A stretch of 64,000 bases of DNA from Botryllus schlosseri (GCA_051294905.1 CM119372.1:14324001-14388000), one strand, 5' to 3'. Counted from the first letter of the stretch, positions 52,801 through 64,000 are shown. The notes: generated by a model not told the origin, from the sequence alone. Numbers and translations: made by a program.

Positions 52801-54718
52801 CAACAGTGATTTCGAACAGGTGGGTTCGCTTCGAATGTCAGGGCCCTCTTAGTTTGGTTTGCGGTGGGATTTTAGTATCTTGCATCGAGCGTTCTTTCCT
52901 TTCTCCGCACAATCGCGGCCGGGAAGGGTACTGTTCTTTGATATGAGTTCTGCCTGAAGAATGAATACATTATGATCTGACTTTATCCGTTTGGTGGCAC
53001 CAAGTTGTTTCTGGAAAAAGGGATCGCCAGTTACCCCCGTGATTGTCATGACCTTACCCAACCTCGACGCTCTGCCTGTGCCAATTACATTTCTAGTAGG
53101 GTTACCATACGTCCTCTTTTAAGAGGTTTTGCCCTCTTTTTTGACTTTTTTGAAAGTGTCATCGGAGGACGCCCAAATGTCCTATTTTTTGAGAATTTTG
53201 GTTGAATATAGGGTAAAATTCGACTGAGATACAGTAAATCAACACTGAAGTACCGCTCGGGCGGCTATTTCGGGAGCGGAGCCGGAAAGTTTACTTTTTT
53301 ATTTTAGTCAATTAGTCAACCAACGCAGAATTCAACAAAAGTGTGAATTTCTGGAGCCGAGTCAGGAAAATGACCTTTTTTTCAGTAGTCAACCAACCAT
53401 AAAGTCAGGAAAAATTCCACCATTTTTTCCGAATTTTTCTCCAGTGTTGTAAGTCCGAAGATTTCGAAAAAGTGTCCTCTTCAGATTTCCAAAATATGGC
53501 AACCCTAAATTCTTGTAGCTTGCAACTTCTTTGTGTATATGATACTGCCACAATCTTGGTTCTGAAATCGTACAGCGTACCATGTTAATATAACCAATAG
53601 GTACCGGGGAATTTGCCAGTGGTGGCGTTTGAACGCACAGTGTTGCTAGCTTTACAAATAGGAGCTGGGGCACGGGAGGTTGATTTAGTTGTTCAAATGC
53701 GTAGAACCATGTTCAAGTGTTCAATAACCTGGATTGGCCTGTCAATTTATGAGGATCCCGAAAAGCGGCGTAATTTTGCAAGATCACAAATAGCGTTACC
53801 CCGTTACAAATCCGATTAAATTCACAGCCGCCACCGCGACGGCAAATGATACCGTCTAAGTTGTCGGCGAAACGTCCGCCTCCCAATTCTAAACGAAAAC
53901 CTCCTCCTAGCAACTGGATGGATGATTTGAAGGAACGAAACAGGACAGCTGCCAAAGCACGGTTAGTTTTTTGCGGGACTGGAGCGGTGCTTTGGCACAC
54001 GGCAGCAAAGCGCAAACGACAATTATATTACTGAAAATTAGGCAGCGCAGTGCTGCCTAATGCCGGGCTGTTGGTGATGTTAATTTGTGCAAAAAAACTG
54101 CAATACAATTGACACTGGTAGTCTAATTACCATTGATAACACTTGACATGTAGAAAATGCTCATGCAAGTAATATTTCAGTCTAGAAACTCTGGTGTTGC
54201 CTGATATTTCTGCATGTGAATAGTTTAGTAGTGCGATCTCCATCTTTTACTGTCTGGCATGCCAGTCTGAAATTCATTTTCGTTCAAGATACCGCTCCCA
54301 TAACCCGCCTTCGCATCGTCGTATACCGGATGAAGAGCTCAAGTATTACTATAAGTTAGTTTCACGATAATTTGTCGCAATGTAGAATGCGTAGCGGCAC
54401 ATCACTGCGTGCAGCATGGATTGTTTTTGGTTTGAGATTTGCCGTTCAATTTTGGCGGGATGTCGCTATGAAGCCGTTTCCGATTGATTTGATATTTTCG
54501 GCATCAATGTCTGCGAGGGAAACTTTCAATCTTCAGTTCAGTTCTAACGAGCGTGGATATGTATTTCCTTTTTATTGCATGTTGCATGAATGTCGTGAAG
54601 ATTTTTATCTAACTTTCCACGTATTTTATTGGCTTGCACTGATTTCAGAATTAACCCGGTTCGTTGGTTGATATTTCATTTTCGCTATTTCAGATTCGGC
54701 CGGGTGCCAAGGTACTAG
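31858..54718 (+). CDS. Large multi-exon gene encoding a ~1,700-aa Pro/Arg/Gln/Asp/Tyr-rich, probably disordered protein of unknown function
   Basis: Phase-consistent GT-AG exons: 31858-32616, 32677-32711, 32768-32834, 33639-33857, 37262-37407, 38164-39087, 39146-39220, 40302-40546, 41588-41729, 42336-43044, 44087-44167, 44232-44388, 45422-45534, 46336-46414, 47305-47442, 47849-47881, 48421-48545, 48609-48724, 49208-49321, 50154-50447, 51580-51831, 52750-52819, 53828-53961, 54289-54354, 54694-54718. Sum 5118 nt, ending ..YYYKFGRVPRY*. Extra or alternative exons are possible. Confidence 0.8.
33112..33599. mobile_element. hAT (Charlie-like) MITE, degenerate
   Basis: Termini CAGTGGTTCTCAACC / GGTCGAGAACCACCG; flanks atttacat / ctttacag. 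Confidence 0.6.
34024..37156. mobile_element. hAT MITE hosting the foldback element
   Basis: TIR TAGGGATGGTGTGAAC / GTTCACACCATCCCTA; perfect TSD cttacaag; gtgaac subterminal repeats. Confidence 0.9.
34510..36814. mobile_element. Foldback hAT element with ~880-bp inverted arms carrying transposase pseudogene sequence
   Basis: Arms 34510-35385 and 35918-36814; perfect TSD ttgcgggt. Transposase-like peptides RVLRYYV..NLEILVRFCLEVYFPTWFEIK, RNGYSAHPKNIMIAML, HPCHNQTVERHVKLVTEAS..RRDG (hATm-like, from memory). Confidence 0.9.
39255..39737. mobile_element. hAT MITE (family C, copy 2)
   Basis: Termini TAGGGCTGGGCA / TGCCCACCCTA; flanks ctaggcgg / ctaggtgg. Confidence 0.8.
40674..41138. mobile_element. 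hAT-like MITE, degenerate
   Basis: Termini CAGGGGTCA / TGACCCCTG; TSD not clean. Confidence 0.5.
41165..41520. repeat. Degenerate ~120-bp tandem repeat, about 3 units
   Basis: ccaagtg...cata(t/c)t(c/g)agtgaaac.t.(a/c)attt..ttat..atac.atat recurs at about 41165, 41282 and 41406. Confidence 0.6.
49620..49810 (+). mobile_element. tRNA-derived SINE, degenerate
   Basis: B-box-like gttcaatccc followed by gggtcagaccaaagac..ggtatcc..gcttggtgctcagc..ggataagtatggagg; homologous to the minus-strand SINE at 16910-18140. Confidence 0.6.
50218..50361 (+). repeat. Coding 48-nt (16-aa) RS-type repeat, 3 copies
   Basis: RGRSTSRGRNLSPDRR / RGRSSSRGRDISPDRR / RGRSTSRGRDLSPQRR. Confidence 0.85.
53097..53507. 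mobile_element. hAT (Blackjack-like) MITE
   Basis: Termini TAGGGTTACCATA / TATGGCAACCCTA; tgtcct subterminal motifs; flanks atttctag / aattcttg. Confidence 0.7.
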
Positions 54719-55451
54719 ATTGGATCGCTCAACTTGAAAAATGTAGGACTTGAGGTAATTTTTTAATCTGTTTATGGTGATCTTTAACTTATTTGTGATG
54801 TGTTTGTCGCCCTTTTACGACTATGTACTTTATCTATCACTTTACTTAGTTCAATTTGTTAAATAAGCATGACAATGTGCATTAATGATGCTGCGATCTA
54901 CGAATAAATTGAACCATCCCATCGAGTATTTGTGATAATGATTTTGTTTTGCAGGCTGTCATCACGATTTCTCTTGTGCATTACACTTGGTATGATAAGA
55001 ACATGGATATTGAGACGCTGATGGATATTGTCGAATACGTTCTCTGCCAGCTTGCAACTGTGGTCCCCAGTCCTTGATAGGAATTATGAGATCCACAGAT
55101 GACATTTTAGTCAACTCGTACAGCTTTTTATCTTATCATTTCGTGGGGCGATTGGCAACATGTTTTGGTTATTTGATACCGACTTGTGCTGAGTGTTCCT
55201 GGAAGCCTCAATGTCCAGAATCTTGGAAACTACCGAATTGCTCTGTCATTGTGATGCCCTTATTTACACAGATTCCTTTACATCATACCACCCAATCCTC
55301 GCAAGTTTATTCCTGACGCATGTATATTTTTGTACGCATTCCTGTCGCAAGTATGGTACTCATTTCTAAGCTGGAGCTAAAATCATAGATATTTTTTATT
55401 TGGTGCTGCGGTACAACTCCGTAAATGTAATACTGATACAAGTGCTAGTTG

Positions 55452-55578
55452 CTTTTTCTGGGCATATGCTACCCATCTGCTGTTTATTTAGCAATCTGTC
55501 TAGAATGTGGTGAAACTTTTTCTGGGCATATGCTACCCATCTGCTGTTTATTTAGCAATCTGTCTAGAATGTGGTGAG
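55452..55578. repeat. Near-perfect ~64-bp tandem duplication in the putative 3' UTR
   Basis: ctttttctgggcatatgctacc...tagaatgtggtga starts at 55452 and again at 55516. Confidence 0.9.
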
Positions 55579-57216
55579 ACTAAGGGAGAAAATTAGTTCA
55601 GCTGCCATTTATGTACAATTGTACATGTCTTTATAATTACATTCACGTACAATTGTTTTACAAATCATGTTTGCTGAATCATGGCTGTGTGTGTCTTTTT
55701 TATAATGTGGATATATTTTGATAATCACTTCTGGCACTTTATATGGTACTGTTCTGACAATAAAAAATTTACAGTTACTATTTGTGTCGAATGGGTATTA
55801 CTTTGATGATGTAGTCAATTAACGTTGCTATGTATACACGGTTACAATGTAGGAATCTCCTGTGCTAGCATTTCGTCTCGAATGACTGCGCTTAAAAACA
55901 CTCCCCACTCCCCAGCTTTCATCAACTTCATAGGCAGTCTAGTTTTTGGTCATTTAATAGAAAGACATGGATAGTGGCATATATATATATATAGAGAGAA
56001 ACATTTTTTGCAATCAGGCAGTCCATTTTAGTTGTGATCCAGCAACCGAAGTTCTCGAGCGACGTCAATTAGCGGATAGTTTTCATCAGTTGTCTCATCT
56101 TCATGCATAACTTTAATTGCTGCCGATTTCATATATTGCAAAAGCCAGCACGGTCGACATCTGATAACTCCTGGCAGCCAGTCAGTGAACAGCAGGTCTG
56201 CTATTTGAAAGTCTACGCATTTCTAGCCTTGTTTTAAGTTTCGTTGACATTTCAGCGACATCGTCTTTGCTAGAAATCAGTTGATCATTCATCTTTTCAA
56301 GTTGATTTCTTCCTGCATGAATGGCAGTCAAGTTCTTCAATAATTCTCGAACCTGCAATATCACCATTTATTAATGCAGGAAAACAGCTGGCGATAAGCA
56401 GAACAAGGCGACAATCTATAGAGCTTATGGCAGGGTTATTATTACCTTCCGGTAGCAAGCTTCCACATCCCTCGATTGTTCATCGGATTCAGTAACAGAC
56501 GTAACAACTGTAAAATCAATCATTGTTCGAATGCAACGGGTAAAATATTCCACTAAATCTTGTGTAAAGGGTCAAATCAATTTTGCTAGCAATAGATACA
56601 GTGATGCGGCAATTTTTGTCTCTGCATGGAACTAGCAACTACTGATTGTCTTGGTTGGTTGGTGTCTAATAATCTAGCGTATAATTTTGTTGGCACATTT
56701 GGTAAAGAATTTCGCTGGCCAGATGCGAGAGTAGCAATTAGAGCAAGTATAGCATCATACATTCAGGATGCACATCATACAGCACGTAATCATATTAATG
56801 GCAGAGCCATACTCAGGATCATCATTGAAGGCAAGATCATGCTATTTCGGTTAAGTGGCTAAATAAACATGATGAAGAATACAAATCCACCACAACAGTT
56901 TTTACTATTATTGATCATCTAAGTACCCGTAAAACGCACAGCATTATTATCAAAACAGTGTCATACTCGCACTGCTGACTTCACCTATTCGTAACACAAC
57001 AGAGACTGATAGAGCTATATACGTTGACAGGTTGACTGAGGTTAATTGTCCATGCCCGGTTTCTGGCCCTGGTTCGTTAACTTCGTTTTCATTTTTATCA
57101 GATAAGATAAACAGAATAGAAGGTGTCGAAATGAATTGGAGTAGTCTTTCAATCAGACACACACATTGACCTACTGGAACATGTAAACCCAGTATCCTGG
57201 CGGGAATAACTGAATA

Positions 57217-58558
57217 CACTACAAAAAAAAATTAGACAAATTTGGTCTCAATGTCTCAAATCGATTTTTTACAAAAAAAAAGTCTTAAAGACCAATTAGT
57301 CTTACCAAGTACATTCTGTCTCAAATCGATTTTTTACAAAAAAAAAGTCTTAAGACCAATTAGTCTTACCAAGTACTTTATGTCTCAAAAGTAAGACAGA
57401 AATTGATCGAAAATAGTAGCAGTGCCTTGGGGGCATCCTTTCAATGTTAGGGGTCTGAGCGAAGGGGAAGGATGAGAGAGACCAGAATTTGCAGTGTTGA
57501 GATGATACTGTACTAAGGAGTCTACAAGATATTCACTAGATATAGTTATCAAGGTACATGCCACTTACTACTCACATGTACTATTCAGATCAATATATAT
57601 ATATGGTTGTCTGAGTCGAAAATAGCATTTATGGTGAGTGGGTAAAATGAGACCAAAAATACTGCACAATTCGTCTTAGAAACAAGACCAAAAAAACTGA
57701 AGCATCAAAAATTATCTCGATAAGCTAGCTGTGTCTGTGAAGTCCTTAGATAAGTATTGTCCCTCTCTCTCCCCCTTCACTCAGAACCTAACATTGAAAA
57801 GGATGCCTCCAAAGCAGTGCTTCTATTATCGATCATGTTGGGTCTTACTTTTGAGACGGAAAGTACTTGGTAACACTAATTGGTCTTCAAGACTTTTTTT
57901 GCTAAAAAAACGATTTGAGACCAAATTTGTCTAATTTTATGCTCTTGGCCCATGTCAACTTTCGGGTCTCATTTATAAGACCACAAATCATGTCATTTCT
58001 TGATTAGTGAAATTTGTCTTAGAAACAAGACCAAAAATACTGACACATAAAAAACTGTCTCAATAAGCTTGTTATGTCTTAGAGCTCCTGACCCATGTCA
58101 ACTTTCCGGTCTCATTTTTAAGACCACAAATCATGTTGTTACTTGATTAGCGAAATCTGTCTTGAAAACAAGACCAAAAATTCTGACACATCAGAAATTG
58201 TCTCATTAAGCTAGTTATGTCTTGAAGCTCCTGACCCATGTCAACTTTCCGGTCTCATTTTTAAGACCACAAATCATGTCGTTTCTTGATTAGCGAAATT
58301 TGTCTTAAAAACAAGACCAAAAATACTGACATATCAAAAACTGTCTTAATAAGCACACTATGTCTTATGAGATGCGTTTTATTAGTCTCATTTTTAAGAC
58401 CGAATAATTGTGACAATTATATATGGTCTTGAACAGCTGAATCAGTCTCAATTTTAAGACTTTAATTCATCAGTGAGACTAAAATTGCTGAAAATGAGAC
58501 CATATCATCCTCATTTCTTAAATTTGAGACCAAATTTGTCTAATTTTTTTTTTTAGTG
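57217..58558. mobile_element. CACTA-type non-autonomous element with internal tandem and inverted repeats
   Basis: Termini CACTA(C)AAAAAAAA..TTAGACAAATTTGGTCTCAA and the reverse complement, flanked by TA on both sides; three ~140-bp tandem units at about 57950-58370; dense aagacc/ggtctc motifs. Confidence 0.8.
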
Positions 58559-61269
58559 TAGGAAGCACATACACGACAGTGACTACAGTACATTGAATGA
58601 AAATGCCTCACCTTTTGATTCTCTAAAAACCGGGTCATCGCTCGATGCACTTACAACATCTGCAATGATTGCATCGAATGACGGAGGCTGTGGCCGACGC
58701 AAGGTATCACCGCCCTTTTTGTTCACCATACTCGTTAACAAACTTCGATAACTTTCAGATCCAGAACTGAACAGAGCAGAGATCTCCCTCCAGCTGTTCT
58801 CTCATGTGAGTCTAATGTGCAAACCTGGATAACGCATTCGATCCCCCATGGAACAACTCAGTGGGAACAACAGGTTATTTGAACCGGATTATATTCTGAA
58901 TTCATACTCGGCAGCAATTTGATAGAGTAGTCAGTGGTGCAGACATACCTTACGCAGACGTTTGTGGATCAGGAAAAATGACCTTGGATAATCGCCTGAA
59001 CGGATTTACGTCTTCATAACGAATACGCTCAAGCATTACTCATGCGTTTTACTCGCTACAGCGACTGCATGTGTTGCCGACGAAGCGTAGAACTTGTTTT
59101 GGTGTTATGATTTTCGCCTTGCTTGGAAAGCGTCGTAGTGGAGTTGGTTCATTCGTTTAACCGATTAGCGCCGGCCAATTCTACTTCTACTCACACTTAG
59201 TAGATTCTTGTGTCGCTACTTCTTATTGAGTAGCTTTCATGACTAATTTGACCCTCTCTGCATGTAACCGGCCAGTTTACGAAACGGTTCATTCCATTAG
59301 AATTAGAATCTAAGTGCTGTTGTGGGTCATAAATTTCAGTTGAATTGGCAATATTGTAACGTATAAAAAAATTATATTTGTTCAAGTTTTTCTAATAATT
59401 TATGATGAAAATTTGAAGCAATGCTATTACTTTGATGCGATGTAATCATTTCACGATTTTCTTTCATCATCTCTTTATTTTCAAGGTATACCAGGAAATT
59501 AGTGTATTAATAAAAGGTATCAAATCAGAGCATGCGCATACTTTTACCTTGAAGGATTGAAAATGACTGGTTGGTCTGATGAACCCAGAGATCCTAGCAT
59601 TGTAATCCAAACGGATCTGGTAGCCGCTCCTAAGAGAAAGGTATTGCACTTGACTTGTTTTAAGCATCAATCTGTTGCTTGAAGCTGTTTTTTTCAACTA
59701 GGTTTGTCTGTTACTTGCATTTTGCGGTAAAAATTACTACGGTCTGCAGCTGAACCGCGGCGACACGTCGCTGCCAACAATCGAGGGTGCCCTTTTCAGA
59801 GCTCTTGTCGATGCCAAAGTCGTTCCTGAAATATGTTTGGAGAAAAGTCAACAGATGAAATATTCTTCTTCATCCAGAACTGACAAAGTAATGTTTTCAT
59901 TTTCTTTCGTATTCACTGAATTAGTTTCAATTATAAGAGGTTGAATCTTGGTAGAAAAATTGCATCTGGGTATAGCTATCATAAATGCAGCACTTGGTTC
60001 TTAAACTTTTTTCCTCCAGCACCCCCTTTCAAAAATTATCGGGCTCTAGCGCCCCCCCACACACATATTGTAAGGACTGTAATAGAGACAAGGGGTAAGA
60101 GGGAGGGCCGTAACAGCACTTTGTCAGCCCCCCTAAAAAACGATCGTCTTGCGCACACATATAGCGTGATAAACCAAACGTCTGGTGGCTTAGCTCCTAA
60201 GATCCCCGTCGTGATTTCGATGGTCAGCAAAGTGTGTGTGGCCTGGTCGCCCTAGGCGCAAAAAGTTCAATAATGCATGAATGAATAGGTGGTAATTGCA
60301 TATATATGTCGCTATAAACTTTTTATCCTCTCAGTCCGCGTAATCAGAATTACCAGTAGCGCTGAGTGAGGTGAAAATGAAGGCCACGTAATTAATAATT
60401 GAACGTATTCGGGCGTGCCTGTTGGTACAGCTACTTCGGTATATGTTGTTATTTTGTTACATGTTGTCCGCTATATAGTCAAAAGATATTGAAACGCGTA
60501 AACATATTGAACTAAAGTAAGCACACGATTCAAAATTGATGTTTCTTCACCAGTTGGCTAATAATTTTCCTCTGGTGCATGGATGTTATTTGTCCTGGGG
60601 GTGCAGATTGCCACGGCATGATAATTCGGCACGAGTGATTTAAGCACCTATGGCCAATTAGACTTATATACATCGAAGTTTATGGTCAACATAAGGGCAA
60701 TCCTCTGCGGCTAAGGTTTTCTCGCTGACGATCTTTTGGTACACTTTTCAGAGTCCCCTATTGGCCGGAAAGTCATATGTCTTCGTGCATCATGGCGTAA
60801 TAATGGCCGACGCCGAAATGCCTATTTCTATTTTCTATAATTATGCGTACTTTTTCGTGGGGGAGTCGTAAAAACATATGTAATTTATGTTCATTCACCG
60901 AAATAATTTAGGGCACACTTCAAGCTCACCGATTGGGGGTTTAAGTTGCAGCAGTTTCGGTCCTGGTAAGAGGTCAAAGTCCAGTCGGTCTCTTCGGGAC
61001 TTTAGTATTGGAAATATCTCGAGCTTTAATCGCGCTCGAGGACCACTCGACTATGATAAGTCATATAATAATTGTATGTGGTATATTCAGGGTCAAATCA
61101 AGGCTGGTATAACAACAATCGGGTACGGTACGGTCCCATACCCTGTGATTCGAACCATCCAATGCATGGAAATTAATGGTATTGGATTTTTTTTAGTGCT
61201 TTGTATGACTAAGTAACTTAACCGAGAATTGGATGTATCTGCTCATACTGAATTTGTTACTGTACCCAG

Positions 61270-62889
61270 TAGGATTGTCCAAAATTTGGAAAATCTTAAA
61301 AAGTCTCCGTGATTGTGTCTCATTCTATGAATTATTGATGAAAAATAACAATTAGCCTGAAAGAAGCTTACAGGAAAGCCGTTAAGATTTCGGTCAAAGC
61401 GTTTGAAAGTAGCTGCTCAAGAATGGGCGTGCCACCGACCATAGAACGGCGAGAAGACTAGTAATCAAATAACCACGGCTCTTGATTGGCTAATCGGCTA
61501 TGCTCCAATGATCACGGCAGCAGCAGCTTGCTCATTAGGTGTTCAAGAAGTCTGCTACCGGCGGGGATTCTGAGTGCGCATTGTTAGTATTTTGGCAGGT
61601 GATGAGTCAAGATTAATTCAGGACATGTCGAGTTACGAAATACATGATGAACAAACAACACCTGCTTCACAAAACCTTTTACAGCATGACTGCTTTATTG
61701 TGAACGAAGCGGCTGTAGCCTACATGCCGTGCTTTCATCGAGGAAAAGCAAAGGCGCTTATGCAAGTGGTGAACGAATTCCCCGTTTAAGAAGGGATACA
61801 TCATCAGTGAATACAAATATAAAGCTTGACTATGACACTATACTTTGTGTGATCCTATTGGATCCAAGTTGTAGTATATAGCTGAAGTTTTGAAGGTTCT
61901 CGGGATCGACTGAATCGGCCGGTTATGCTTGGCAGTTATAGCCTACTTACAGCAAATTGAATTCACTTATAAGAGTTGTCAAAGTCCTTAATGATGCTGC
62001 AGAAAAGAGGTGTAAGGTAAGCGCTGGATATGATATCCAAACTATGCTGGATACTATATGCAGCATAGTCTGTGCTTTTCTTCACACCTCTTTTCAGCGG
62101 GATCAATAAGGACTTTGGCATACCATATCCAGCATAGCCAGTGCCACCTCTTTTCTGCATTATCATTAATGACTTTAACAACGCCTACAAGTGCATTCAA
62201 TTTGCTGTAAGCATCTGATAAGTGCCAAGCATAACCGGCCGATTCCGCCGATCCCTAGAGCATTCAAAACGTCACCTATATACTACAGCTTCAGCCCAAT
62301 AACATCACACAAAGTATAGTGTCATTGTTAAGCATTATATATTTGTATTCACTGATGATGGATCCGTACTGAAACCTTGAATTCGCTCAACACTTGCGTA
62401 AGCGCCTTTGCTTTATCTCGACGAAAACACGGCATGAAGGTTTCAGCCGTTTCCTTCACAATAAAGCAGTCATGCTGTAAAAGCTTCTGTGAAGCAGGTG
62501 TTGTTTGTTCATCATGTATTTCGTAACTCAACATGTCCTGAATTAATCTTAACTCATCACCTGCCAAAATACTAACAATGCGCACTCAGAATCCCCGCCG
62601 GTAGCAGACTTCTTGAACACCTAATGAGCAAGCTGCTGCTGCCGTGATCATTGGAGCATAGCCGATTAGCCAATCAAGAGCCGTGGTTATTTGATTACTA
62701 GTCTTCTCGCCGTTCTATGGTCGGTGGCACGCCCATTCTTGAGAAGCTACTTTCAAACGCTTTGACCGAAATCTTAACGGCATTTCTGTAAGCTTCTTTC
62801 AGGCTAATTATTGTTTTTTATCAGTAATCTATAGAATGAGACACAATCACGGAGACTTTTAAAGATTTTCCAAATTTTGGACAACCCTA
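61270..62889. mobile_element. Foldback (almost fully palindromic) hAT-derived element
   Basis: Arms about 61270-62015 and 62145-62889; termini TAGG(A/G)TTGTCCAAAATTTGG; flanks gtacccag / gtacgcag (8-bp TSD, 1 mismatch); mirrored ORFs 61574-61789(+) and 62349-62585(-). Confidence 0.88.
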
Positions 62890-63699
62890 GTACGCAGTTA
62901 TTAATTTCAACATGAATGTATTCCAAACAAAGCAACTCGTATTATGTAAAGATCATGTGAGGTTGTGAACCACAACACTAGATAGTATCATCCTTTATGA
63001 TACGATGAAGAAATATTATGACGATTTAATTTTGTAGCTCTCGAATATAAGTATATTTAGTTATTCATTTCGTGCGCAAAGCTTCAAAACGTATTTATGT
63101 ACAAGGGGCTCTCACTCTCGAAAGTGATATACAGAGCCTTCTTCTTCGATTTCCACACGCTGTGCTCTGCGGGATATAGTACCTAGTTTGAATCATTTTG
63201 TTGTAAATGACCCTAGCAAGCGTGACTGCAGTGTTTTAACGGGAAATTGGCGATCTAAAAGCATGCGCGAATCATTTTGCATGAATTATAATAACCCACT
63301 ACATTTATGAAAACATATGTAGCAAACATAGTCGAGTGGCGCGACCAAAAACTTCGGGATTTGGCATGTTTTGTGGAATGAATACTCATTAAGGATATGT
63401 CCTACTACATCATCTACTGCGAATCCATTTTTCTTCAGCGCCCCCCTGATCCCAGCGCCCCCTGAGTGTTTCCGCCCCCTTCAAAATCGCCAGCGTCACT
63501 TGGGGGGCGCTGGAGACAAGGTTAAGAACCACTGATGTAATGGATTGGGTGATGACTGATGATGCTTGAAATAGATCCAATTTTGGGCAATTCTTCGTTA
63601 TTCCCCACACATCGAAAAAATGATCCCCATGACACCAATAAATGCTTCCCATGAACATTACCAGAAAAATTTATAAACGTCAAAATGAATTGTATTTTG

Positions 63700-64000
63700 G
63701 GTTGGGGTGGGGTAGACGGATATTAGGGATAGGATATTCGGTGGGTTAGGGTTAGGATATCCTAAGATTAGGGTTGGGGGATAGCCTATTAGGCTCGGGA
63801 GGTATCAGGGATGGGGAGTGGGAAATTAGGGTCTACCCTACAGGGTAGGTTAGGATATCCTAAGTTTAGGGTTGGGGATATTAAATATGGGGGGTTAGAG
63901 TCAAGTTTGGTATATCCTAAGATAAGTGTTGAGGATGGGGGATATTAGGGTGGGTTAGGGTCAAGGATGGGGTTAGGATATCCTAAGATTAGGGTTGGGG
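63700..64000. repeat. Degenerate G-rich TTAGGG-like tandem array, running off the window end
   Basis: Recurring ggttaggatatcctaag(a/t)ttagggttgggg units. Confidence 0.7.

Noticed and set aside
56182..56862. Short ORFs, one coiled-coil-like, as a possible LINE ORF1 or gene
   Set aside because: No recognisable motif, and no RT or endonuclease remnant that I could verify.
57950..58370. Regularly spaced repeats resembling a CRISPR array
   Set aside because: Whole ~140-bp units repeat with no unique spacers, the context is eukaryotic, and there are no cas genes.
61574..62585. Two similar small proteins (MRIVSILAGDE...) on opposite strands
   Set aside because: Mirror images from the palindrome arms. 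The plus-strand one starts at GTG, and neither has other gene support.

Overview
Eukaryotic (invertebrate animal) genomic DNA with short GT-AG introns and a very high load of DNA-transposon derivatives. The compact, MITE-rich style suggests a tunicate-like genome, but that is a guess. There are four protein-coding genes, all on the + strand: (1) the 3' part of VPS41 (1-9591), with a 5x39-nt tandem repeat inserted in its RING-H2 domain; (2,3) two diverged class I phosphatidylinositol transfer protein (PITP) genes with intronless CDSs (24406-25224, 29697-30518); (4) a 25-exon gene (31858-54718) that I reconstructed by hand to about 1,700 aa of low-complexity, apparently disordered protein with no recognisable domain. 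Introns and intergenic DNA hold many hAT MITEs with 8-bp TSDs, a pogo/Tc1-type MITE, a decayed 4.1-kb PIF/Harbinger element, CACTA-type elements and tRNA-derived SINEs, several of them nested. The three most interesting signals: two large foldback (palindromic) hAT elements whose arms carry transposase coding sequence (34510-36814 and 61270-62889); a dispersed, locally tandem ~190-bp repeat containing a match to a minimal type I hammerhead ribozyme core (retrozyme/Penelope-like candidate); and the PITP pair with altered key residues and upstream splice acceptors. All exon models and family assignments were made by eye and from memory, not by database search.
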